Assembly (NCBI GenBank): GCA_015680685.1 | Contig: MNCI01000491.1 | Span: forward strand, 48,335-112,334 | Length of the DNA stretch: 64,000 nt | Direction: 5' to 3' | DNA from: Gnetum montanum | Taxonomy: Eukaryota > Plantae > Gnetophyta | Part shown: in pieces, positions 1-10,956 of the stretch | Layout: the number at the start of each line of letters is the position of its first letter | Numbering within the stretch: the first letter of the stretch is position 1 | Notes under the pieces: generated by a model | Told to the model about the DNA's origin: nothing | The model's database searches: none | Seen by the model: the letters and a program-made list of their open reading frames with translations, nothing else | Made by a program: the position numbers and the translations under genes

Positions 1-159
1 CACCGAGTCGAGGTCGATAGTGAAACACCACAAAATTTTGAGCTTGGTACTTCCCCAGCAAGAAGTAGGTCCCTGGGACCCACGAACGGCCACGGCTACA
101 TTTGGTGTCGCACAGTGCAAATTTGGGAATCAAGAGGCTTAATGTTCACTAAGTATGCA

Positions 160-545
160 CTACTAGCATATACGCCCAGTGTCAACAATGTATACGCCCA
201 GCGTATACGCCCGACATCCCCAGCATCAACAACGTATACGCCCAGCGTAGACATTCGACTTACACGCCCGATGTACACGCCTCACCTATACGCTCGGCAC
301 CACAGATACATACGCCCGACGATAAAGTCTCAATGACAGAATGAAGACAGCACCGAAGAGCAAGAATCTAAGCAAGTTGGCAGTTGCTAGCGTATACGCC
401 CGGCATATACACCCAGCCATTGTCAACGTGTATGCCCAGCGTCCATAGCATCTCCACCCAAGTTCACATACGCCTAGCACGTCCAGCGTATACGCCCAGC
501 GTGTACGCCAGCCTGATGTAGCGTATACGCCTCGCGTATACGCCC
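160..545. repeat. Array of palindromic GCGTATACGC / TATACGCC motifs in E1 LTR U3 (mirrored at ~16330-16705)
   Basis: Many exact and decayed copies of (A)GCGTATACGCC(C) are directly visible. Confidence 0.85.
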
Positions 546-635
546 AGCAGATGTAATATGTTGTATATTTGTAAATTGTATGCACCCGGTCAATACAACA
601 CGTGTCTCCTAACCCGTGTCTAGCATAACAACCGG

Positions 636-642
636 TATAAAA
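636..642 (+). promoter_or_regulatory. Putative LTR TATA box (TATAAAA)
   Basis: Lies mid-LTR, downstream of the motif array. TATA boxes at comparable mid-LTR positions occur on the minus strand in the E2 (~31630) and E3 (~51482) LTRs. Confidence 0.6.
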
Positions 643-1212
643 ACCCTACTTTTGCACTTCACCTGGACGGTCGGCAAACATCCCAGAGCATACCAGATAC
701 ATTTACGCTGCGCACCAGAGCTAAAACCCTCTTACGCTGGAAAGCCCTGTACGTCGTGTACACAGTCTCTACACTCCGCCTACCGCGCGAACCAGCCGAG
801 TCATCCTTGCATCCACCGGGGCTTTTCTTCCGCCTTGTGTTCCCTTACAACTGCGTTAGACCGGTGCACTGTACTTTGACTCTGTAATACCATTGTTTAC
901 AGTTTACGCTAATTTCTTGCACATTTTTCTATTTACGCTCGTTTACATTTACGCTCTGTTCACATCTGCTACGCCGTTTACGCTCTCGTTTATGCCTGTA
1001 TACGCCATTTACGCATAACCCAGCGTATAGCACTTCAGCATACGTGCAGGTAAATCCTTGTCTGATCCACGTGCGGACCACCCAAGGTACTCTACCTTCG
1101 TGTATTCCAGCTCACCCTCATGCGAAGGCAGGGTCTTCTGTGCGCGTCCTGCAATCCCACGGTCTCTATTTCCTTCCAGCCGGTGACTGACGATTTCAGG
1201 TGGTACAGAAAT

Positions 1213-1229
1213 TGGCGCTAAAAGGAGGG
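1213..1229 (+). other. E1 primer-binding site, tRNA-Asn type
   Basis: TGGCGCTAAAAGGAGGG has one mismatch to the complement of the plant tRNA-Asn 3' end (recalled as ...CCCTCCTTCTAGCGCCA). It lies 5 nt after the LTR. Confidence 0.85.
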
Positions 1230-1399
1230 CCTCCCAAAAACCTCGCTCGCAAACTTCTCAGCGTCTACGCTCATTAGCGTTTTCGCTGCCCTACTTCAAA
1301 CTCTGCAAGTCTTTCAGTGTATACGCTACCAACTTCACAAGGACTGTCCACAGAAACCCCAGCATCTACGTAGCCTAGCCTGAAAACTCATCCTACGAA

Positions 1400-1800
1400 C
1401 TGTCCAGCGTCTACGCTGTTCAGTATTTACGTTGTCCCTTGTTTTACGCTGAGCATTCTTTACGCTGCACTCTGTCTTACGCTGTGCCTGTTTTACGTTG
1501 CACTCTGTCTTACGCTGTGCCTGTTTTACGTTGTCTTGTTTTACGTTGAGCCTTGTCTACGCTGTCTTGTTTTACGTTGTACTTTGTTTACGCTGTACTT
1601 CATTTTACGCTCTATCCTGTTCATGTTGTACTCTGTTTACGTTGTACTTTGTTTTACACCGAAGCTGTATATGCTGCCTAGCGTATACGCTGCCTAGCGT
1701 ATACGCTGCACCCCTTACGCTGTATACGCTATCTACGCTGATGCTATACACTGAACGTTGAATCATATACGCTACACTTTGTCCCTTAGTTTACGCTGTA
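1400..1800 (+). repeat. E1 5' leader with degenerate (TT)TACGCT / TTTTACGTTG repeats
   Basis: Short repeats such as gttttacgctg, ctgtcttacgctgtgcctgttttacgttg (x2) and gcctagcgtatacgct (x2). Confidence 0.75.
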
Positions 1801-1852
1801 CCAAGTACACTAATTTCACTCCTCTACCCCATGTCACCCTTAACAATTCATC

Positions 1853-4800
1853 ATGAACCCCGTGAACACCACCGTTGCAACAGCTCAAGTAACCGACGTT
1901 GTGGACACCATGGCTGTCCAACAGCCTGTCATGCAACACCCGGGAGTACAACCCACCATGGGGCCCCACCGGTCCCTAAGGTTGCAAGGGAGAGACCCGG
2001 CCTTCGACATCATAACCCAGGATCAGTATAATTTTATATGCATTAAGATACAAGCTGGATTGGTTGTAGACCGAGCCGAACTAGAGGTAAAGAGGCAGTT
2101 CGAACTCTTTTACAGAGGGGGGCGTGAGTTCATCCCCTCACCATATGACATCATCCCTGTTCCAGAGCAGTATTCAGAGCTCGTCACACAGCTCCTCCTG
2201 CAAAGGAGACACTCCTTGGATCAGCCTGCACTAGAGTCCCAACTAGAGGAAGAGGACGAATTTGCCGCTCAATCTGAACAAGAAGATTCTTACCACACTC
2301 TGAGCCCACAAGCACACATTAACCCCATTTTTCATCCCAGTACAGGGGAGATCATGCCAATCCAACCCCTCAGACTAACTCACACACAAATGCCTCCATC
2401 GCACACATCCTCATTTGCTCATGTGCCACCTCCAAATGATCCGCAATTCAGCATGCTCCCTCTCGCCATCATCCCCGATGCAGCAGTTGGTCCATCTTCA
2501 CATGCACCGCCCCCTCACGATAGCGTGGGAGTGACACTCCCACCCCGAGTGATAGGGATGCCACACGTGATACCGGCATCCACATCCGCTCACTACATCC
2601 CGCACATTCAAACACATACAGCCCCTTCTACCGTCGTAACCCAACAGGGGGTCCCTCCACAAAACGTAGCTGCACAACGGGTAACGATGGGCGCTCAACC
2701 ACAGCAACATCAACCTCCTCACTATAACATACCACCTCGTATAGTTCAACCAGCCAACGTTCCCCCAGTACAACCACCACCACAGCAACCACAGCCTTTC
2801 CCCTATCACGTGCCACAAGTGCAACCCCCCGCCGCACAACTTTCGGCCTTTCAACCCACCGTCCAACAGTCTAACCCGTATAATATAGCACAACCTCAAG
2901 CTGCCATGTTACCGAGTGCCCAAGATTGGGCGGATGCCAAGAAACTAATGCAAGAATTAGCTGACGAGGTAAAACGCCTCAAAATAGCCGCCGATGGGGA
3001 GCTGAAGGTAGTGGACTTCTATCAAGATGACCCCATCAGCTCATCTGTCTCACCCTTAACCTTGCCCAAAGGTGTTTCCTTACCAACACTAACCAAATAC
3101 AATGGGGAGACAAACCCCAATGCACACTTGATAACATTTAGGCTAGAATGTGTGCTGCTCCAGGCATAGCCCCATTCCATTCTCCGAGTGTTCCCCATGT
3201 CCCTCGTAGGGAGGGCACTTGATTGGTATCGAGCCCTGTCAAGGAATTCCATCTTCTCCTTGGAAGACTTATTACACCAGTTCGTGACTCAGTTCAAGTA
3301 CAACTTGAAACCCGAGGCCACCTTGGACAGCCTCATACAGGTTAAGCAAGCACCGCTTGAACCTGTACAGAAATTTATTCAGAGGTGGAGCGCCGCTCTC
3401 AACGAACTACATGAGCCAATCTCCCAAACCTACCTGCTTACTATTCTAAAAGGAGCTGTTAATGATTTCTTTAAATCCAAGCTGTATTACCTTAATGCGC
3501 GTGATCTTAACCAAGCATTTGTATAAATTAAAAACATAGAAGAAGCGGCCCAAAACAGCCATGACCCTACATACCTAGCCTTTAAGAATTAACACACCAA
3601 AAAAGATAAAGAGAAGGCTAAGGTAACTATAGCGACGATAGCAGGGGCGCAACAACAAAACAACCCACCCACAGCCCCTACTAACTACAATAAACCAACT
3701 CCCACAGCCGCGCCAGAGTCATCATCGTCGCAAAACCCAACAACGAACCGTACGCGGAACTTTGAGAGGAAAGAGCCCTCTTAATATACGCCTCTGCCAA
3801 TGAAGCCTTCCCAGCTCTTCGATCAACTCCTGAAGGCTGGGCTGATGAAACATAAACAGTTGTCCCTCGCGGCCATCCAGAGACATGACCGGTTCTGCCA
3901 ACTCGTTCAGAACCCAAGTTTAGCAATGCCGGATGAGCCTCCCGTACCCAAAGGCTTTAGAATGGATCGCTTTTGCGACTACCATCAACGAAACGGACAC
4001 GGTACGGATTACTATTTCACCTTGAAACAGGATATTTAGCGGATGATCGATAAAGGCCAAATCACTTTTGACGAGGCCAACCCAGTCCAACCACAGAACC
4101 AAGCTATGGGGGTGTACAAAGACCCCTTGAACACAAAGAGGCACCATACATCATTAATACAATCTACCTTGATGATGATTCTGAAGCACCCAACATTAAC
4201 ACTGTCTATCCCTAATATAAACAGGAAACACCTAATAGGTCATTTGTAGTTCAGATTCCCCCCGCCGTGTCCACGCCCACGCCTAACACCATGACACGGG
4301 ACAAACCGTATGTAGTGTGTGTCCCTCCCGTCATCCCCTCGAATGCATCAACCCCTCATACTTGGCCTACCCCTTTCATAGTCTGGGTACCACCCGCGAT
4401 CGCAATAGCAGAGGTCCAACCTCCACCAAAACCAACTCCGTATGTCGTTAGGATACCCGAAACTCCTAATGATTACCAAACCTCCATCTCACAAGTGCCA
4501 GGACAACCCAGTCCCTACGTCATTAGGGTCCCTGACCAGCTTTCCAACCAGTCACATCCAATGGCACAACCGCAACCCCGCCCAGCTCCATATGTGGTGC
4601 GAATCCCAGGGCAGCCCGAGGCTCCAAGACCAGCCCCACCTCCACGCCACACACGAGAATGCCTAGCAGATAGGCTTACACGTGAACATGTGGAGAAGGA
4701 ACGCCAACGATTAGCTCTGGGGCCACCTAAGCCCATTCCACTTAACTCTATGCCTATGTCGTTGTCTAACAACCAATCGGACGCATGTAATGAAGGCGAA

Positions 4801-5952
4801 TCATCTGAAAAATATGAACCGCTTAAAACAACAGCTTCAAACAAAAATGACAAACCAACAAAACATGAAATAAAACTGTTGGGCCCAATGGACCCAGTTA
4901 TCATTGATAAAAACGCTCCAAACAGTAAAGATTTAGCAACGGCCTTGACACAAGTCACCCAAGCATTGAAGCAAAAGAACACTTCGTTGAGCCTGTATGA
5001 TTTAGTGCTAACATCCCAAACACATCGAGAAGCTCTAGTACGCATGTTAACATCGATCCGGGTAAGCGAGGACTTGCCCCCGAACGAACCCGCCATCCAT
5101 GCGGTAATGTACTCGTCTCACGGGACCACTCCTAAACCCTTGAGCTTCCATGATGACAACATTAAGGTGGACAAGAAAATAGGGGAAATAACAACAGCTC
5201 CCATGTTCATAATGATACGTATAAACCAATTTAAGATACATAGGGTCCACGTAGACGATGGAGCCGCAACAAATGTTGTACTATATCCCATCGTTGAACA
5301 ATTGGGGCTTACTGAATTGATTAAACCAACTGCGATTACATGTTTAAAGTCGTTCAGCAGGTCACGTGTAATGGTAAAAGGCACAATAACTTTAGATTTC
5401 ATAGCAGGAGACCAATTTCCTACATCTGCTGAATTCCTAGTAGTTGATGAGATGCCAGGGTTCAACCTGATATTAGGAAGACCTTGGTTGGCCCAACTGA
5501 GAGCTGTCTCCTCCCCTGTACACCAAGAGATCCACCTGCCTTATGAAGGCGGTGAAATCATTATACACGGGGAAGCCGCTACGCCTATTATCTCATCACA
5601 CGTGGACGTGGACCAAGGCTCAGAAGTCGAGCTTGAAGAGCCTAAGCAAAACGATAAAAATGCGCACCCACTGGTAAGCAATAAACCTTCGAACATAGAA
5701 CAAGAGCCTCCTAAAACAGAAACACCCGCGTTTGACGTTGTGCATACAACCGCTCCAATGGAAAATAACACAGAACCCCCACCAACTATCGAAACCTCTG
5801 AAAACATTGACATGGAAGCCATTCCATCAGATGTCCCTTGGGCTGAATTACCATTCAATGTGATTAGCGAAGGGGACACTGAATACAGAATCATACCCAT
5901 TGACATATTGCCTAACATTAAAAAGAAGAAAATCAAAAAACTATTACAATAA
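1853..5952 (+). pseudogene. gag: E1 gag-aspartic protease ORF (several stops, one frameshift near 4140)
   Basis: Pro/Gln-rich N-terminus, retrotransposon gag core (KYNGETNPNAHL...FPMSLVGRALDWY), Tat/Ogre-type knuckle CDYHQRNGHGTDY, and protease VHVDDGAATNV...FNLILGRPWL. Confidence 0.9.
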
Positions 5953-6209
5953 TATTGACACTTTAGTCCGAAATAACGTTAAACTACAACTTGTCCGAAA
6001 TGACACTAAACTACGATCAATCGAAGAAAACAAAAAAACATTATTATTACTAAAAAACAATTAAACTCAAAATCAACAAAAAATTTTCTTACATGTGATG
6101 TTGTACAATTACAAGTGTCAACTGTTTTTGTCCATCTCAAAATTTTCAAGTTACAATTCCCGTATAAGTCCGAGTCAAAAAACAACAAAAACTTAAAAAC
6201 TAAAAAAGC

Positions 6210-9200
6210 CTAAGCATCCGAGACGGGAGGATCGTCCCCTTTAGATCCACTAGCATCAGAGGCCCCTGCTCCACTGGGGCCAGCTTCTTAAGCATCATCG
6301 CCACCTTCATTCTGAAAATACCAAAAAGAAGAACCAACATAAGAATAAGTGAATGTCAAAGTTTTAAATACCATTCAGTAAATTTCATAAGGATAAAACG
6401 CTTACCATAGGAGATCCCCCTAAGCCAAACTCCAATCGACGAAGGATTTCTTCTTCTGAAACGCTGGCCCAGTCTATCCCATCTAGGCCTAAGTCAATGT
6501 CTGCCAAAGTCTTTCCTTTGTCGACAGCTGACCAGGTAGGACGTTTCAAAGGGAACTCACCCACCGACACTTCCCCAGAAGTAGTTGTCATCACCCTTGT
6601 AGGCGATTCCATTTCCACAGTTGTATTCTGAGCAAAAGTATCGAAAGCGGAATGCAAACCCAAACCCTCCACAAACATCTCTAGTTGCCATTTTTCAATA
6701 GACACCTCTTTTAGTGACTTCTTGTAGTAATGTTTGTGATTTTTGTCATCTTGACCCCACTTATGAACCTTGGAAGCAAAGGCCTTCCAATCTTGACATT
6801 TAAAGTTCAGGAGATCAATTTGGGCTTTGTGCTCCGCCATTCTCCGAGTCAGCGATGCATGACGATTCAGTAGATTCCAATATCTAGTGTATGTGACCTC
6901 GAACGTTCGCCAGGAGCGATCACCGCTTAGTCTAGCAGCGGCAAACTCATATCGAGCCTTCAGATCGTCACGTTCCACTGACAACTCAGAGACTTCCCTT
7001 TCTTTTGCCTGAATCTGTAGCCAAAACTACTCAATGGAATGTCTACAGGTCCACAACAATTTAGCATTGTGCACAAAGCCTTCTGCAACTCCATCGTAAA
7101 TAGGCCTTAGCACCTGTTCCACTTCTGGGGAAAGTGCGGTTAAACTTTCTATGCTAATGCTTTCAGAGGGATCCCATCTCAATTTAGCGCCTATCCATGT
7201 GAAAAATACAAATGTTAGGACAATATAAATAAGATGTGAAATTCCAAACCTTTAAATAATGTATACCTATGTCAAGGTGGGCCTCCTGGATCCGTTCAAT
7301 GACTTCCTCTGCGAGCCCAGCCACAAAATCCATTTTGCTTGGCATTTTAGACCAAGTAAATGGCTCACGGGTACGGGATGAACTAACCTCAGTGGTCCTC
7401 TCCGGGGGAACCATCTTCATCGGTACATCCAAACGCACCATCCTGGTCTCACTGCCTTCATCTGGACAAGATAAAAACGCAAAAAATAAAACACAAAAAA
7501 AATAAAAATACCACAAAAATGATGAATGACAGGCGAAATTGAAATGAGATAAAGAGAAAAACATACCATGATCCTTGTCACCCTCTGGGGGGTCACCTAA
7601 ATCCAGGTCTCCCTGAAGAAACCTACAAAACACTTGATCGACACTGCCCTGGTCGTCCAGTGGCTCAGTTTCTGTGGTTTTCTCCTTTAACTCCTCCGTC
7701 CCTCTGCCCTGGCTCTTCTCTGTATGTTCCTCCTCGTTGTTCTTCTCCGTATTGGTCTCCTCCTCCTCGGTGATAGTCTCTAGATCCTGCTTCCTCACTA
7801 TTTTAAAATCAAGCCAAAGACATCAATAACATGTAAGCAATTGAAGTAAAAGTTATAAACAAAACGAAAATGACAAAGTAATAAACAGGCGAGGTCCGCT
7901 TACCAGGCATCTTGAAGCGTATCCACTTCACGCATGGCTAGTTCACACCGGAGATTTCCTCAACCGTGCGTTCAGGCCACTTTAGCTTTGACTTAGCTTG
8001 GCCAACGGTCTCCTTGATGACCCGTTCTGCCCTTTTAGCAGTGTAGGGTACCTCGTCTGGCTCCAACCCCAAACTATCACGTGTGCGGATTGAACCGCCC
8101 GATAAACCCCCTGTAGTAATAGAAGCGGATTCATCAATACCTTCAGGTGCATCTTGGGATTTAGCTGTCTCAAACAAGTGATTGATCCACGGGCGGGATA
8201 TTTGACCCTGATCCTGCAAAACAAACTTGTTGTCTGCGCGAACTACCAGGAACTCGGCAAAATGGTGAAGATAACTGGCAAAGAATGCGAAGGTGAAATG
8301 GGATTACGCCTCGACATTCGAACGCAACCGCACTATCTCCTTGTGCATGCCCGACAACAAAAATCGTGCCCAGTTATATCGCATGCCTGTTTCCAAAACA
8401 GTTCGCATGACATGAACAGCCTCAACCCCAAGACATCTCACCTGGTAAAGAGTTTTAGGGAATACCCGTGCTCTGAACAGGGGATATAGTTCGTTCACCT
8501 CCACAACTTTTGCCTTCCCCTGCATCGGGAATCCCTTGGCACCCTTGGCCACGCCTAGCCAATCTTCTAACTCCCAAATCGTTTGGAGCTCTTTATGAGC
8601 TCTGTCTAATACTACATTTAAGCCATCTGCTGGTATGCCAAATAGGTTTGAAAAGAACTCGGGCGACAGATGGAAAACTACCTTCACACCCTTAATCCGG
8701 GTGTTGTAGTATGAGACAGACTCATTAAAAGAGTCTACAATCCCAATCATCTCCCCAATGGAAATGTCAGGACTCGGGAACATAAAAACCTCCATGAGGC
8801 CAGCATTATCTAGGCAACGAGCGAGGGATAGAGGAGCATGATTATGCAACCACTTCTGAGCCTTAGTCACCCCTCCGAACTTCATTGACAAAGTCGTCTC
8901 AGTTCGTCCAGTGGTCACCAGATCCTCACCAGAAGGTACATCAACTGTAAAAGTAATTTAAAATGGTCGTATCAGCGTAAATCAAAACAATTGGACAAAC
9001 CCGTTAACATATCTAGAAAATGTTATCATTTACCATGGGTGGTGGATCTAGATGTGCTGCCAAGGTCATGGAGGGAAGACTGGCCCATTGTCAGTCCAGT
9101 CTTCATGAAGCCACCCACGTGCCTTGCACATCGCAAATGCTCTAGAGAACTGCTTATGAAAATGGACCATCAAACCCTTCGTTTGACCCAGTACGGTCCC

Positions 9201-10656
9201 ACGAAAGGTGGGGCCCATCATGAATGCCTCCAGAGCAGTGCGAGCAAGGGCTAATCCTTCATCTTCAATGAGTGTCCCATCTGGGTTGGTCTTTGGCCTG
9301 TAAGCAAATATGGGTCAAAACAAGAAACAAATGCTAAACAGCGAAAGGAAACAGTAAACTTAAACATTCCTACCTGGCCACTCAATACACCGTGCCAGGA
9401 GGGTTCTGGAATAATGTATGTGCACGGGCAACTATGAACAACGTATTGTTGAGGTAGTCTAACCCTCGCGGAAATAATGCCCACACGTGCGTTAATGGGC
9501 GTGTAGACCGGGGCCCGCGGGTAGTACCATCCTCGTTAACAAGAGGCCCCTCGTCAATGTCCTGTATGAAAACCATGACATCCTCTATAGCCCCCGGTAG
9601 CATCTCCTCAAGCACACTCCGTGCAGTCACCTCGTAGAAGTTTAACCAGATAGCCACCTCGAAATTGTCCAACAAGAAGGATAGAAATCCACATGCGCCT
9701 CCCTTGAACCAAACCTCGTTGTTATCCATGGTCAGATCCGAGGGAACCTCGCCATCCTCAACAGGGCCAACCCATGTTAATACCCCAACAAGTTCGACAA
9801 CGATGAGGAAGCGCTTGCTGTCCCTGCAAACAATCATGATGCCACGACAGATTAGCCTGAAAAGCGAAATTTTACGTCATAGATTGACATTTGAAATCTA
9901 AAGATTCACTAACTGTTTACACTCAGCGTATACGCCAACAAAACTGTTTACACTTAACATAAAAACGTAATTTAAACTCAGCGTATACGCTGTACACTGA
10001 GCGTATACGCTGCCTAGCTCAGCGTATATGCTGACAATAAACTGTTTCACGCTGTCGCCCGAACTTCGTACGCTCAACGTATACGCCCTAGAAATCATTG
10101 GCGTATATGCCCAAGTGCCCTTCCAGCGTAAACAGTCTATGCCAGCGCTGAACAAAATGTTTACGCCAGAAAGATGAAAAAACAAGTTTACGCTGAAAGA
10201 CAACTGCAAATTAATAGCATATACGCCGAATAAACCCTTAGCGTATACGCCATCACAATAAACAGAATTTACGCTGATAAAACAAGCAAATCACGCTGAC
10301 AAGACTTTGCACACAAAAAACTTATGACGTCGTGGCGTACGTTGATATGCTAGTACAGGGAAAATGTTTACGCTGACAAAACTTTACGCTATAAAGTGAC
10401 ACTCGACGTATACGCCGCAAAACCTCATACACCTAAAAACCCCTACGCTCGGCGTATATGCCGAGACTGTCTACACTATAAAAGAAAAAGCACAGAAATA
10501 ATTAAAGGCATAGATCAGAGCCTACCTGTGGGATGTCATGGGCTAGGATGGGATCCTTGGCCTGGGCAGGCCCTGCAGCATAGCTTCCGTCTCCTCCGCG
10601 AAGGTCAAGTCGGGACCCTTCCTCCACTGGCCCTCCACTTCTTTGCCCTTGCCCAT
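6210..10656 (-). pseudogene. Antisense 8-exon accessory gene inside E1: FCP1/NIF-like HAD domain + plant-transposon-like domain + coiled coil (~1065 codons, premature stops)
   Basis: Predicted exons 10656-10526, 9823-9374, 9297-9034, 8944-7904, 7797-7567, 7461-7267, 7190-6406, 6311-6210. All introns are GT-AG and phase-compatible except one 1-nt shift in exon 3. Homologous exons occur in E2 and E3. Confidence 0.8.
9900..10470. repeat. Second GCGTATACGC / TTTACGCT motif array, within intron 1 of the antisense gene
   Basis: Repeated agcgtatacgct/cc and tttacgctg; same motifs as in the LTR and leader. Confidence 0.8.
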
Positions 10657-10914
10657 CTCAGCCTGTTTACGCTAACGATACAAGTTTATGCTGAAGAGAA
10701 AAAGTGTCTACACTGACGCCTAGAAGTTTACACTTTGCGTCTACGCTGGGGTTCAATGCTGCACGTCTCCACTGGGGTTATTCTTCGACATCTACGCTCA
10801 CGAGGAAATTTACGCTTGCGCTAAGGCACTGTAGTTTACGCTTATGCTTTAACAGTTTACGCTGCCGCTTACGCTCTATCGCTTTTAAAGTAAGAAGCAA
10901 ATGGACCCCCCCCC

Positions 10915-10956
10915 TTTTATATAGCACTCCGCTGACGCTGACGCTGACGCTGACGC
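10915..10956 (-). promoter_or_regulatory. Putative internal promoter of the antisense gene: CTATATAAAA plus (GCTGAC)4 containing TGACG motifs
   Basis: Minus-strand TATA at 10915-10924, ~260 nt upstream of the ATG at 10656; tandem TGACG at 10931-10956. Confidence 0.45.

Larger units (their letters stand above)
21..1207 (+). repeat. E1 5' LTR (1187 bp)
   Basis: Starts TGAAACACCAC, ends GGTACA; direct repeat of 16190-17336; followed by the PBS. Confidence 0.95.

Noticed and set aside
96-1761. Small ORFs in the LTR and leader (also 16284-17346, 21199-21930, 30034-32210, 50688-52022)
   Set aside because: They are translations of motif repeats or non-coding LTR/intron sequence, with no conserved protein motifs between elements.
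4130-4270. Programmed ribosomal frameshift between gag and protease in E1
   Set aside because: E2 reads through the same segment in one frame (DPVNTNNTSYVINAIDID), so the E1 shift is best explained as a decay indel.
5671-5680. CTG|GTAAGC as donor of an Ogre-type PROT-RT intron
   Set aside because: It is phase 0 whereas the E1 acceptors (11301, 11319) need phase 1. It is not clearly conserved in E2/E3 and would remove the conserved WxELPF motif. Not fully excluded.
2498-5936. Minus-strand ORFs overlapping gag-protease (and plus-strand ORFs over E2/E3 gag and pol)
   Set aside because: Shadow frames of the real coding strand.
7184-7798. Transmembrane/envelope protein suggested by the hydrophobic stretch FLWYFYFFCVLFFAFL
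   Set aside because: That stretch is read-through of U-rich intron 5 (7462-7566), not exon sequence.
6210-10656. One-off capture of a host gene, or a nested independent transposon
   Set aside because: It is present at the same position and orientation in three diverged elements, and I saw no TIR, LTR, poly(A) or TSD around it.
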